NCBI GenBank assembly: GCA_965279035.1
Contig: OZ257142.1
Location: 3,072,001-3,136,000, forward strand
Length of the DNA: 64,000 nucleotides
Source: Bacteroidia bacterium
GTDB taxonomy: Bacteria; Bacteroidota; Bacteroidia; M30B66
Reading direction: 5' to 3'
The translations under genes were made by a program, and so were the position numbers. This document shows positions 39,101 to 49,798 of the stretch, one piece after another. The notes below the pieces were generated by a model. It saw only the letters and a list, made by a program, of their open reading frames with translations. It did no database searches and was not told where the DNA came from. Numbering within the stretch: the first letter of the stretch is position 1; each line of letters opens with the position of its first letter.

Positions 39101-39955
39101 ATGAACATGTTCAAATCTCAATTGCGCTTTACTGCTCTGATTGCCGCAACAGTGCTTGCTTCTTTCAGTTCATGTAAAAAAGATACTGAAAACGATACTG
39201 ATACAAATGCCTCTAAAAACGAAAGTGTTGCCGAACGTTATTTCAACGAAGTAAACGACCTTTCTGATCAGGCAGTGAAAACAGGCGATTTATCTTCCTT
39301 TAAATTAGCCGCTGATGAAGGAGTCCTTCTTTCAAATTGTGCTACTGTCACTTTCGACACCTCAAGTTCTGTTTCTGCAAGTAATCCCGACACCATTATC
39401 ATTGATTTTGGAACGAGCTGCGTTGGAAACGACAACAAAACCCGAAGTGGAAAAATCATTATCAGTGCTACTGGTCGCTATCGCGATCAAGGAACTGTTG
39501 TTACAATCACTCCACAGAATTATTTCGTTAACAGTAACCAAATTATTGGTTCTCGTGTTGTGACTAATTTAGGACCGAATACCTTGGGACAACCTACTTT
39601 TTCTATCCAAGTTACGGGTAGCATTATCCTAGCAAATGCAGGCGGAACGATCACTTGGAACGCAAACAGAACACGCACTTGGACCGAAGGTTACTCTACA
39701 CCTCTACTTTTCTCCGATGATGTATTTAGTGTGACTGGTTCTTCTAATGGAACAAAAGTAAATGGACAAACCTGGACATCATCCATCACAACAGCTTTGG
39801 TTCATAAACGTAGTTGTCATCAAACCGTTAGCGGAATTTTAGTAATAACACCATCCAATCGTCCACAACGAACTGTTGATTTTGGAAATGGTGATTGTGA
39901 TAATACGGCAACTGTGACTATTAACGGAAATACGTATACGATTATCGTTCAGTAA
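39101..39955 (+). CDS. Beta-rich lipoprotein, unknown function
   Basis: FSSCKK lipobox; IDFG..C.G.D...RSGKI and DFGNGDCD. Confidence 0.8.
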   Translation: MNMFKSQLRFTALIAATVLASFSSCKKDTENDTDTNASKNESVAERYFNEVNDLSDQAVKTGDLSSFKLAADEGVLLSNCATVTFDTSSSVSASNPDTIIIDFGTSCVGNDNKTRSGKIIISATGRYRDQGTVVTITPQNYFVNSNQIIGSRVVTNLGPNTLGQPTFSIQVTGSIILANAGGTITWNANRTRTWTEGYSTPLLFSDDVFSVTGSSNGTKVNGQTWTSSITTALVHKRSCHQTVSGILVITPSNRPQRTVDFGNGDCDNTATVTINGNTYTIIVQ

Positions 39956-39984
39956 CATCTTAATTTTCTTTTACTACGAGATAT

Positions 39985-40011
39985 AAAAGGGGCAGCTTCG
40001 GCTGCCTTTTT
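39985..40011 (+). terminator. Intrinsic terminator
   Basis: AAAAGGGGCAGC-TTCG-GCTGCCTTTTT. Confidence 0.85.
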
Positions 40012-40051
40012 CGTGTCTAAAGGCTAGGTATTTTGGCTATTTTTACAGCGC

Positions 40052-41653
40052 ATGAATTATCTAAAAAAGATTCGACTTCCATTTTCAATTCTACTCTTGC
40101 TCCTTAGTATTCTGAGTTCCTGTTCATCGGATAAGGAAACATCATGGGATATAGATGTATTAGCCCCTTTGGCAGAGGCGCGTTTATCTGTTCGCGATAT
40201 TTTTGTTGATTCCTTAATTATCAGTGAACCCGGAGCTCCTGTTGTTATTCGTTATACAAGTACATACGATCTCATTCCGAACGATTCGCTTTTCCAAATT
40301 CCTGATACTTCGTTCAATAATGCGTTTAGTTTACCATTAACGGTGAGCTTACCCGCTGGATTTCAAGTCCTCAATCTATCTCAAATTGTAAAGTTTGCAT
40401 TTAAAGATGCTCAACTAACCGAAGCCGTTATTGCATCAGGTGAAGCTGTTTTTAAAGTTCAAAGTACTTTGAGTGATAAAGTGTTTTTCGATTATACCAT
40501 CCCTAAAGCATTTAAAGATGGGATTCCACTTTTATTAACGAATCAAGAAATTGAAGCAGGTAGTTTGTATGCACCTTCATCCGTAGAGAAAACGATCGAT
40601 TTAAGTGGATACTATTTAGATCTTCGGGGTGATAATGGAATTCAATCCAATCAACTTCGTGTAAACCTCAATGCGAAATTAAATCCATCTGGAAACGGTG
40701 CTTCTGCCACAGGAAATCAAACCTTATTCAATTATTCTAACAAATTTATTAGTGTTAAACCCTATTTCGCTAGAGGATATTTAGGAAGTGCCGACTTTAC
40801 TGGCAACGATTATTTGAATCTTTCCGATATGCGTAAATTATCTGGAATGCTTCGATTACAAGACATTTCACTCGATTTAGATATTGAAAATTCGATTGGT
40901 GCTGATTTTTCTCTAAGCATTCAAAATATTAAGGCATCTCGCAATGGTGTTGATTTAAATTTGATACATCCAATCATAGGAAGTACGCAACAACTCAGCA
41001 GAGCGCAACACATTGCCCAAGGCGATTCACCCTATATTCCAACACATAAACACTATAGTTTCACCACTACAAACTCGAATTTAAAAGACTTAGTTGAACT
41101 TCTACCTCAACGGTTTTCATTCATTGCTAATGCGAATCTCAATCCTTTAGGGAATGTTTCAAGTGGAAATGATTTTATATACAATTCCAGCAATTTGAGA
41201 ATTAAATCGGTCTTGGAATTACCACTTAGCTTTTCTGCAAATGCCTTATATTTTGCCGATACACTTACAACCAAAGGAATTGAAGCGACTAAAACCGAAC
41301 CGTATCTTTCGGGTGCTTTAAAAATTTTAGCAAGCAATACGTTTCCGTTTGAATTGCAAGTGAAAGGGTATTTATTGGATGAAAACAAGGTTTTGATTGA
41401 TTCCTTATTGAGTAATCAAACCATTGCAGCCGCTTTGGTAAATACCGATCTACATGTTGAAAATCCTCAATATACCACACTCACAATTCCGGTGAATGAT
41501 GCATTGAAAATTCATCTAGATCAAGCTCGCTACATCGTTCTTAAAGCGATGCTAAATACGCAGCCTGAAAATACCATATTGCCGATGTATGCCGATTATG
41601 AACTTCACCTGCAGCTTATTGGCGACGGGAAATACCGGGTGAAAGTAAAATGA
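40052..41653 (+). CDS. Lipoprotein, unknown function
   Basis: LSSC lipobox; long ORF coupled to the next gene. Confidence 0.75.
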   Translation: MNYLKKIRLPFSILLLLLSILSSCSSDKETSWDIDVLAPLAEARLSVRDIFVDSLIISEPGAPVVIRYTSTYDLIPNDSLFQIPDTSFNNAFSLPLTVSLPAGFQVLNLSQIVKFAFKDAQLTEAVIASGEAVFKVQSTLSDKVFFDYTIPKAFKDGIPLLLTNQEIEAGSLYAPSSVEKTIDLSGYYLDLRGDNGIQSNQLRVNLNAKLNPSGNGASATGNQTLFNYSNKFISVKPYFARGYLGSADFTGNDYLNLSDMRKLSGMLRLQDISLDLDIENSIGADFSLSIQNIKASRNGVDLNLIHPIIGSTQQLSRAQHIAQGDSPYIPTHKHYSFTTTNSNLKDLVELLPQRFSFIANANLNPLGNVSSGNDFIYNSSNLRIKSVLELPLSFSANALYFADTLTTKGIEATKTEPYLSGALKILASNTFPFELQVKGYLLDENKVLIDSLLSNQTIAAALVNTDLHVENPQYTTLTIPVNDALKIHLDQARYIVLKAMLNTQPENTILPMYADYELHLQLIGDGKYRVKVK

Positions 41654-42960
41654 AAAAGCAGTTTTCCTTCTTCGCATTTTGTGTATTCCAGTGTATGTTT
41701 TTGATGGCGCAAAAGCCGATCAAATCGCAAGTAATACCTCAAGTTGTTACGGCCTCCCAATTGGTTCCACTCGAAAAACTTCAATGCTATTTTGATCAAC
41801 CTTTTACATTCGATAGCAATGGAACCATTCGCCTGAGTGGACAATTTTTCTCACAGAGTAATGCTATTCCAACTCAGTTTAGTAATGTATTTCTTTTTCC
41901 GACTTTCATAACTGAAGAAATGAAATCGGCTGCTTACGATCGTTTAAAAACTACAAATCATTTTGGTGCTGAGCTCAATGCCAGTGTGATTGCCTCGTTC
42001 AGTCCCGATAGTATTTGGAAATCTCAAGGTTTGCAATTCAGAATTGGTATAGAACAAAAAAGTATCATTGCTTCTCAATTCAGCAATGATTTGTTTCATG
42101 TTTTATTTAGCGGTAATGCTGCCTATGCTGGAAAGCTTGTGACTTTTGATGAGTCATCTTTCACCTCTATTGGATATCAATCATTCAAAATAGGAATTTT
42201 ACAACGTCACCTGAATAACATGTTCAGTGTTGATTTGGGATTAGTGCACGGAATTAATTATTCGCAAGTGCTATTTAATAAAGCCAGTTTATTTACTCAA
42301 TTAGATGGAAGTTACCTCGACATCAACTGGCAAGGCAACTATTCTCAAACTGGTAGAGTTTCCAATCAATTGAAAAATCAACCCTCTATGGGAGCTTCTA
42401 TCGATCTGGAAGCACGTCAAGCATTCAATGGAAGATGGATAATTCACGAACAAATTCAGGATTTGGGATTTATCAATTGGAATCAATCAAGCACCTACAT
42501 TCCTAGCGATACCTCCTTTCGATTTAGTGGTTTACAATTTTATGATTTGTTGAATTTTGATAAAAACACAACACTGAATGTGGGTGATTCTTTACTCAAC
42601 AAACTCCAAAAAAATAAAGTTCAAACACAACAGATGACGATTCTGCCTGCTTTATTTCGATTAGAAGCAAACAGGCTTTTTGCTCGAAAAATCACTGTTG
42701 GAGCTTCTGTTCAATACCGCTACATCAAAGGATTTCAGCCAATGGCTAGCATTGAACTGGGAAAAGGATTAGGTAATAATTTGGTTAAACTTGGATTTCA
42801 TTACGGTGGTTATGGCGGATTCCAAACCAGTTTACGTGCAGTGTTAATCAATAAAACGAAACAAAGTTTTTCCATTGGAACCTATTTCACCGAAGGTTTG
42901 ATCAATCCTAAAAAATGGTCTGGAGCAGGTTTCCAAATCAACTATCAGCATCGCTTATGA
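41650..42960 (+). CDS. Outer-membrane beta-barrel protein (DUF5723-like)
   Basis: Signal peptide, alternating beta pattern and DLGFINW motif. Confidence 0.65.
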   Translation: MKKQFSFFAFCVFQCMFLMAQKPIKSQVIPQVVTASQLVPLEKLQCYFDQPFTFDSNGTIRLSGQFFSQSNAIPTQFSNVFLFPTFITEEMKSAAYDRLKTTNHFGAELNASVIASFSPDSIWKSQGLQFRIGIEQKSIIASQFSNDLFHVLFSGNAAYAGKLVTFDESSFTSIGYQSFKIGILQRHLNNMFSVDLGLVHGINYSQVLFNKASLFTQLDGSYLDINWQGNYSQTGRVSNQLKNQPSMGASIDLEARQAFNGRWIIHEQIQDLGFINWNQSSTYIPSDTSFRFSGLQFYDLLNFDKNTTLNVGDSLLNKLQKNKVQTQQMTILPALFRLEANRLFARKITVGASVQYRYIKGFQPMASIELGKGLGNNLVKLGFHYGGYGGFQTSLRAVLINKTKQSFSIGTYFTEGLINPKKWSGAGFQINYQHRL

Positions 42961-44390
42961 AAAATTGCTTTCTACTTTTTGCGCTGTTGTTGAGTATTTT
43001 ATCAAATGCTCAGTCATTATTTACCCGCACGTATGGCTCGCCGGGTGAATTCAATCAAAGCAATGCTGTGGCACAGTCGGCCGATTCGAACTACGTTTTC
43101 TTTGGATCAACCAGTGGTTGGGGAGCTGTAAATGGTGATATGGTCTTAGTAAAAACCGATACGTTAGGAACTACCATTTGGGAGCATATTTATGGAAATT
43201 CTGCTTCAGAAAAAGGCATTTCGGTAAAAGCCCTCAGCGATAAAGGATTTATCTTAACAGGAATAACCAACGAGAATTCAGAAGGCGATTATGATATTCG
43301 TGTCATAAGAACCGATTCGATGGGAAATCCTGTTTGGACGAAAACCTATGGTTCGCCTTTTTGGGATATTGTGGAAGATATTACAGCACTAGCCGATGGA
43401 GGATTTGCAATTGCGGCAACTTCATACAATGAACCTTATACTACTGGAACATTTTATCTATTGAAGCTCGATACGGATGGAAATCTTGTATGGGATAATT
43501 ATTTAAATCGTGGACAATCAAATTTCGCAAGAGGAATTGCAGAGTTACCTGATGGCAGTTTGCTCATTGGTGGACAAGGAACACAAAGCAATCATAGCGA
43601 CACCGACATGTTGCTAGTAAAATATTCTTCAACGGGTGATACACTTTGGTCGAACTATTATGGTACTGATACCTTGAATGAAACAGTTGCCGACATTGCT
43701 TATTCGGCCGATTTGAGAATTTGTTTAGCTGGAAATCGTACCCAAATAGAAGGAAATACACGCGAATATTTAGTGACTGTTGATGTAGATGGATTGATAT
43801 TAAACGTGAATGATTTTGTATCACCAAGACATATTGAAGTTCAATCGGTTGATTATTTCCCGGGGAATAATTCATTCGTGTTTTCGGTTAATTATACAGA
43901 TCAAAGTATAACGCGCGCCACGTTTTACCGCTTTACTGTTTTGCTCGATTATTTATGTAATGCCTCTGCAAACGATCTCGCCAATAGTTTTGCGACTGAA
44001 GCTATAGCTACTCGAGATGGATATATGCTCATGACTGGAACATATAATTCTTTAGCACCTGGAATTAGCAGTATCTTTTTGATGAAAGCAGCCATGAATT
44101 GTACATACGACAATACAGTTCAGCTAAGCATTCAAGATCAAATCGAATGGGAACATTCTTCTATTTTCCCGAATCCGAGTGAAGGAATTTTTCACATTCA
44201 AACGGAAGCAAAACCCAAAGAAATTGAAGTGCGCGATATGCAAGGTCGCTTGATGAATGTTTTATTGACATATTCTGAAGGAATGATTACGATTGAGATT
44301 CCTGATGCTGAATCGGGAGTGTATTTAATTCGTCTAATTTCTAAGGATGGAAAATCAGTAATTAACCATCGAATTTTGATTAACCGATGA
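42957..44390 (+). CDS. T9SS-secreted beta-propeller-like protein
   Basis: Repeated KTD..G...W...YG units; C-terminal IFPNPS...GVY sorting domain; ATG 42957. Confidence 0.85.
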   Translation: MKNCFLLFALLLSILSNAQSLFTRTYGSPGEFNQSNAVAQSADSNYVFFGSTSGWGAVNGDMVLVKTDTLGTTIWEHIYGNSASEKGISVKALSDKGFILTGITNENSEGDYDIRVIRTDSMGNPVWTKTYGSPFWDIVEDITALADGGFAIAATSYNEPYTTGTFYLLKLDTDGNLVWDNYLNRGQSNFARGIAELPDGSLLIGGQGTQSNHSDTDMLLVKYSSTGDTLWSNYYGTDTLNETVADIAYSADLRICLAGNRTQIEGNTREYLVTVDVDGLILNVNDFVSPRHIEVQSVDYFPGNNSFVFSVNYTDQSITRATFYRFTVLLDYLCNASANDLANSFATEAIATRDGYMLMTGTYNSLAPGISSIFLMKAAMNCTYDNTVQLSIQDQIEWEHSSIFPNPSEGIFHIQTEAKPKEIEVRDMQGRLMNVLLTYSEGMITIEIPDAESGVYLIRLISKDGKSVINHRILINR

Positions 44391-45133
44391 GTTTAAAGTC
44401 TGCGCTCAAACGTATCTTAAAGCAAGCTTTGTGGAACTTGCATTTGGATGTCACACGCAATATGAAATATGATCGGTATACCCTTCGATTATTTCAAACG
44501 CTTTTAAAAGAGGAGAGTAATTGTGTTGATATTGGTTGCCACAAAGGAGAGATTTTAGAATGGATACTTCGTTTTTCGCCCAAAGGAGAGCACTATGCTT
44601 TTGAGCCTATTCCATTTTTATTTGAGGGATTGAAAAATAAATTTGATTTCCCCAATGTGCATTTATTCAATTTAGCCTTGAGTAAAGAAGCCGGCCGATT
44701 GAATTTTACTGTTGTCAAAAATGCACCTGCTTACAGTGGAATTAAACAACGGAAATACGCAGTAGAAAATCCCGATTTAGAAATTATAGAAGTCAATGTT
44801 GAACGTTTAGATGATATCATTCCTCCTTCAAAGAAAATTCGCTTGATTAAGCTGGATGTTGAAGGAGCCGAATTGGATGTTCTTAAAGGAACAAGCCGTA
44901 TACTCAAAGAAAGCAGACCATGTGTGTTGTTTGAATTTGGATTAGGCTCAGCTGAATTTTATCAAGCTTCACCTGAGGAAATGTTTCAATTAATGCGAGA
45001 AAATGACATGCTGCTTTTTACTTTGAAAAATTGGTTTCAAACGAAAATTGCACTCACAGAATCTGAATTTATTTCGAATTTTAAAATGAATTCGGAATAT
45101 TATTTTTTAGCTGTTCCGCAGGAAGAAGCCTGA
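44387..45133 (+). CDS. FkbM-family methyltransferase
   Basis: VDIGCHKG, AFEP and IKLDVEGAE. Confidence 0.9.
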   Translation: MSLKSALKRILKQALWNLHLDVTRNMKYDRYTLRLFQTLLKEESNCVDIGCHKGEILEWILRFSPKGEHYAFEPIPFLFEGLKNKFDFPNVHLFNLALSKEAGRLNFTVVKNAPAYSGIKQRKYAVENPDLEIIEVNVERLDDIIPPSKKIRLIKLDVEGAELDVLKGTSRILKESRPCVLFEFGLGSAEFYQASPEEMFQLMRENDMLLFTLKNWFQTKIALTESEFISNFKMNSEYYFLAVPQEEA

Positions 45134-45136
45134 AAA

Positions 45137-46738
45137 TTATTTCTGTAAATCTGCTATTCGGTAGGCGACAAGATTTTGGTATTCGCCCAGCTTTTTGGGA
45201 AAGAATTTTAGCAAGTGACGTTTATTAACGATTGCTGTATCATTCACAATTAAATATTGAACACCTTTTTGAATAAAGGATTGCACATTGCTCGAATCGA
45301 TAACACCATTTCGAATCGCATAATCGGTATAGCCTTTTAAATCGAGTTTTGATAAGCTGATATTAGGACTTTGATCAGGCAAACTCAAAACACGATCTGT
45401 TCGTTTAATTCCTAAGCTTTTCAGCCAAGGTGAAGCAGTCAACATCGCTTCTTGATGCGTGATTTCGTATGCATGTAAATAATCGTTTTGCCCCGATAAA
45501 TCAGCCGAAATAGCAGGATCATTTTTCCCTAAAAAATCGGAAGCATTGTATCGCATTCTCACCTGAGCCCCAGCATTTAACACCATAAAAAACAATAGCA
45601 AACCAGCAGCAAATCGAGCTCCTTTCGTGTTTAAGATTTCAGGGAATTTCTGCTGAACATATACAATTAGAGAAATGAATATCACCGGAACAATTGCAAG
45701 CATGTTGAGTAAATAATACTCATGCACATTAAATACTTGGAAAAAGAGTAGAATAAAGAATAAAAATCCAAGCAATATCAATCCAGTTGCCCATTGGAAA
45801 AAAGGCAAAGTGCGTTCACGCGTAATGAAAATGAGTGCACAAAAAATGAGTCCGTGTAAAACTGCCGATGGGAAAAATTGTGGAATGAGTTCATTATAGA
45901 GCAATCGCATGATGGTGTATTGCTCTGCTGATGAAAGTTCCCAAATGGGTAAAATTCCAATGAGGAAAATATTGTCGTTATGCGCTGCATTGTAATGCGC
46001 TGCAAAGCTTATCCAAGATGCCATGAGCAAGATAAGGAGCAACATAGAAATTCCTGTTTGAATGGGTTGAGGAAAGAGTTTTCCTGTTTTTTTAAAACGA
46101 ACAATTCCACTCAGTTCTAAAAAGAAAATTCCCAATAAAGTAGCAAAACCAATGAGTGCTGATGCTTTGATTAATCCTGCTAGTAAAAAGAAAAATTGGG
46201 AGATATAAAGCTGATTGATTTTCAATTTGACCGAATAGTTCCAAAAGAAAAACCAGGCTATGAGCGAAATTCCCAAAGCTGGAGCATCGGCCATAAATGT
46301 ATTGGTGTAAAATGCTAAAACAGGGGAACTAAATAAGGAAAGAACAACAAAGGCCGCCCAAAACCGACTTTTAAATAAACCCAAACACAGCTTAAACAGA
46401 CAAATTAATCCAGCAAAAACAATGAGAGTATTGAACAATCTAAAAATGAAATACTGCTTTCCTGTAATATGCCAAATGGCTGCTACAGAATAATAGATAA
46501 TAGGAAATTCAGAAATCGTTTTCCCATCACCGGTTTCATTCAGGTAATGTTGCGATGGTTCAAAGAAGTGCATGCCTTCTTCGTAATAATTTACTGTAAA
46601 AGAAAGACAATCGCTTTGTCGCCAAGCGTGGTTCGAATACGCTGCTTTATTGTAAACAGAGAAATAATTATAAAAAGCCGCCATTGCTGTAAGAAGAATG
46701 AGAACAGTAATGGACGGGTATTTTTTGAGCATTTTCAA
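45137..46738 (-). CDS. GT-C (ArnT/PMT-like) membrane glycosyltransferase
   Basis: Multiple TM segments; HAWRQSD, EFPI and HEYY motifs. Confidence 0.7.
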   Translation of the reverse strand: MKMLKKYPSITVLILLTAMAAFYNYFSVYNKAAYSNHAWRQSDCLSFTVNYYEEGMHFFEPSQHYLNETGDGKTISEFPIIYYSVAAIWHITGKQYFIFRLFNTLIVFAGLICLFKLCLGLFKSRFWAAFVVLSLFSSPVLAFYTNTFMADAPALGISLIAWFFFWNYSVKLKINQLYISQFFFLLAGLIKASALIGFATLLGIFFLELSGIVRFKKTGKLFPQPIQTGISMLLLILLMASWISFAAHYNAAHNDNIFLIGILPIWELSSAEQYTIMRLLYNELIPQFFPSAVLHGLIFCALIFITRERTLPFFQWATGLILLGFLFFILLFFQVFNVHEYYLLNMLAIVPVIFISLIVYVQQKFPEILNTKGARFAAGLLLFFMVLNAGAQVRMRYNASDFLGKNDPAISADLSGQNDYLHAYEITHQEAMLTASPWLKSLGIKRTDRVLSLPDQSPNISLSKLDLKGYTDYAIRNGVIDSSNVQSFIQKGVQYLIVNDTAIVNKRHLLKFFPKKLGEYQNLVAYRIADLQK

Positions 46739-46790
46739 TGGATTTATTTCAGCAAACTAAATGACTGAAATTCTTTGTTGAAAGAAAAAT

Positions 46791-46837
46791 AAAATGCCGG
46801 TTACATCAGAAAAATTGCTGAAAATAACCGGCATTTT
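46791..46837. terminator. Stem-loop downstream of cphA
   Basis: AAAATGCCGGTTA...TAACCGGCATTTT. Confidence 0.7.
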
Positions 46838-46849
46838 GAACTATCAATA

Positions 46850-49498
46850 TTAACTTACAGTATGAATATCACGTGGTTGAAGTTGAAAGCTATCTTCTTC
46901 TTCTTTGAATTTCATCACTTGATCTAATGCATCAGGTACAACATCGCTGCAAATAACAATGAATGAACCTTTAACTGCAGTTGTTAATGCATGAATGATG
47001 GCTTCTTTCTCCGTTGGAATCACTTTTACCTGTTTCGTTGAATCGATTGTACGAACTCCATCTAACATGAAATTGATGATCTCATCTTCGGAACGACCAC
47101 GCAAATTGCGATCTTGACGTATAATGATTTCATCGAACATCTGAGCAGCCACTTTACCCAATGAAATAATATCTTCATCGCGGCGATCACCAACACCAGC
47201 TATAATTCCAATTTTTGGTGTTGCCTCCACTTTTTCGAGGAAACGACTGATTGCTTGGAAACCTGCGGTATTATGCGCATAATCGACCATAACCTGGAAG
47301 TTGCGGAATTGGAACATGTTCATTCGTCCCGGTGTTTGGGTTGGTGATGGAATGAATGTTTCCAATGCCAAACGCATATCCTCGATTTTAAATCCTTGGA
47401 GGAATCCTGCTAATACAGCCGGAAGTATGTTATAAATATTGAATACCGCTTTTCCAGAAAATGTCAAAGGAATGTTGATCACTTTATCGACACGGATTTT
47501 CCAATTGCCTTTGCAAATAGTAACGTAACCATCTTCTACTATGGCAGCATATCCACCTTCGTTGCAATGTTTCACGATGCGTGGATTATTCGCATCTAAA
47601 CTAAACAATGCCACTTTGGAACGAAGCTCACTTTGCATTCCAAATACATAATCATCATCAGCATTTAAAATAGCATAACCGTCCGATTTCACACTTGCAG
47701 GAACAACGGCTTTTACACGCGCCATGTCTTCGAGTGTATTGATGTCTTTCAATCCTAAGTGATCGGCTGCGAGATTAGTCACTATGGCCATATCGCAGGA
47801 ATGAAATCCTAAACCAGCTCGTAAAATTCCTCCACGCGCAGTTTCAAGAACAGCAAAATCGACTGTTGGATCTTTCAATACAAACTCAGCACTTACCGGA
47901 CCGGTACAATCGCCGCTTTGAAGCATGCGGTTTTGGATGTAAATACCATCGGTAGTAGTAAAGCCTACTTTGTATCCCATTGTCTTTACTATATGGGCAA
48001 GCAGACGAGTTGTGGTGGTTTTTCCATTCGTACCTGTAACAGCAATAATAGGAATACGAGCAGAAGTTCCCGGAGGGAAAAGCATGTCGATTACCGGTTC
48101 TGCTACGTTGCGTGGTAAACCTTCGGTTGGAGCAATGTGCATACGGAAACCAGGAGCTGCATTGACTTCCAAAATTGCACCTCCATTTTCATTAATAGGC
48201 GATGTGAGATCGGGTGCCATGATGTCGATACCGCAAATGTCGAGTCCAACAATTTTAGCAATACGCTCTGCCATGAATACATTATACGGATGCACCAAAT
48301 CGGTAATATCGGTTGCGGTTCCACCAGTGCTGAGATTTGCCGTCGATTTTAGATAAACGATTTCCCCATCAGCAAGCACCGTTTCTAAACTGAGGTTTTT
48401 CTCTTTGAGTATGTTCAAAGTCATTTCGTCGACCTTGATAGCAGTGAGGACTTTTTCGTGTCCATATCCACGACGCGGATCTTTGTTGACTTCGTTGATT
48501 AATTCTTGAATGCTCTGTTTTCCATTTCCGGTAACAGCGGCAGGAGTTCGTTTAGCAGCAGCAACCAATTTGTAATTGATTACTAAGAGACGAAAATCGA
48601 ATCCAGTGATAAAGCGTTCGCAGATAACACCACGAGAAACTTTCTTAGCTGCAGCAAGTGCTTCCTGAGCATCGGCCCAATTGGTAACGTTGATGGTTGC
48701 TCCACGACCGTGATTTCCACTTACTGGTTTTAATACAATTGGATACCCGACTTTACGAACGGCATCTTCGAGATCTTCTTCGTCATATACTATGTATCCT
48801 TTAGGAACTGAAATACCAGCAGCATCTAAGAGGTTTTTGGTTTCTTCTTTATCGCAGGCAATTTCGACAGCAATATTAGAAGTGGTGCTGGCAACGGTTG
48901 CTTGAATACGTTTTTGGTTGACACCATAGCCTAATTGTACAAGCGAATGGCGATTAAGTCGAATCCACGGAATGCCGCGTGCTTCGGCTTCTTCGACGAT
49001 GGAACCAGTAGATGGACCTAGACGTTCGTCTTCGCGAATTTCGCGCATCGATTGAATGTCAGAATCGAGGTCGTACGATTCGCCATTAACGAGTGCTTGA
49101 GCAATACGCACAGCCGATTTAGCAGCATAAATTCCCACTTTTTCTTCGGCGTAGGCAAATACGACATTGTAGATTCCTTCTTCGGAAGTGCTACGAGTAC
49201 GACCAAAACCGACTTCCATGCCAGCTAAAGTTTGAATTTCGAGTGCGATGTGTTCGATCACATGCCCCATCCATGTACCGCGACGAACACGATAGAAGAA
49301 TCCACCCGCTTTGGTTTCGGAGCAGCGATGTTCGTACATGCTCGGAAATAAGGCTTCGAGACGATCGGCAAAACCATCAATTTTATCGGTTGGTCGTTCT
49401 TCAAGTTCCTCAATATCAAGCTTCATGACAATGAGTTTGCGGCGACGAATTGACCAATAATTGGGACCGCGCATGGCCCTTATTTCGAGTATTTTCAT
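46850..49498 (-). CDS. cphA: Cyanophycin synthetase CphA1
   Basis: RGPNYWS; Cx19HxxEH N-domain motif; LGPSTGSI; ATP-grasp EVNAAPGFRMH; Mur-like GTNGKTT, ETARGG and DYAHN. Confidence 0.96.
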   Translation of the reverse strand: MKILEIRAMRGPNYWSIRRRKLIVMKLDIEELEERPTDKIDGFADRLEALFPSMYEHRCSETKAGGFFYRVRRGTWMGHVIEHIALEIQTLAGMEVGFGRTRSTSEEGIYNVVFAYAEEKVGIYAAKSAVRIAQALVNGESYDLDSDIQSMREIREDERLGPSTGSIVEEAEARGIPWIRLNRHSLVQLGYGVNQKRIQATVASTTSNIAVEIACDKEETKNLLDAAGISVPKGYIVYDEEDLEDAVRKVGYPIVLKPVSGNHGRGATINVTNWADAQEALAAAKKVSRGVICERFITGFDFRLLVINYKLVAAAKRTPAAVTGNGKQSIQELINEVNKDPRRGYGHEKVLTAIKVDEMTLNILKEKNLSLETVLADGEIVYLKSTANLSTGGTATDITDLVHPYNVFMAERIAKIVGLDICGIDIMAPDLTSPINENGGAILEVNAAPGFRMHIAPTEGLPRNVAEPVIDMLFPPGTSARIPIIAVTGTNGKTTTTRLLAHIVKTMGYKVGFTTTDGIYIQNRMLQSGDCTGPVSAEFVLKDPTVDFAVLETARGGILRAGLGFHSCDMAIVTNLAADHLGLKDINTLEDMARVKAVVPASVKSDGYAILNADDDYVFGMQSELRSKVALFSLDANNPRIVKHCNEGGYAAIVEDGYVTICKGNWKIRVDKVINIPLTFSGKAVFNIYNILPAVLAGFLQGFKIEDMRLALETFIPSPTQTPGRMNMFQFRNFQVMVDYAHNTAGFQAISRFLEKVEATPKIGIIAGVGDRRDEDIISLGKVAAQMFDEIIIRQDRNLRGRSEDEIINFMLDGVRTIDSTKQVKVIPTEKEAIIHALTTAVKGSFIVICSDVVPDALDQVMKFKEEEDSFQLQPRDIHTVS

Positions 49499-49577
49499 AG
49501 AGAGTGAGTGGTACTTGCTGCCTAAAATAGGTATTTATACTGCATTGTTGAATTTTGAATGAAAATTAATCGATTGG

Positions 49578-49736
49578 AATGGATTGAAATCCATTAGTGT
49601 TGGGAAATAGGATTGAAATCCATTTATATAGGGGAAATGGATTGAAATCCATTTGTGCTGTAGGAATAATGCTGCATGTTCATATTTATGATTAGCAAAA
49701 CCAGTTGTGTTGGGGAAATAGGATTGAAATCCTATT
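49578..49736. repeat. Cluster of four REP-like palindromes AAT(A)GGATTGAAATCC(T)ATT
   Basis: Copies near 49578, 49606, 49636 and 49717. Confidence 0.85.
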
Positions 49737-49798
49737 ATGCTGTAGGACTTTAGCTGCATATTCCTTATAAATTACTCTTAAATTAAATTATTCTTTAA

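Noticed and set aside
49535-49759. 74-aa ORF with repeated GFQSYFP
   Set aside because: The peptide repeats are a by-product of the palindromic DNA repeats.
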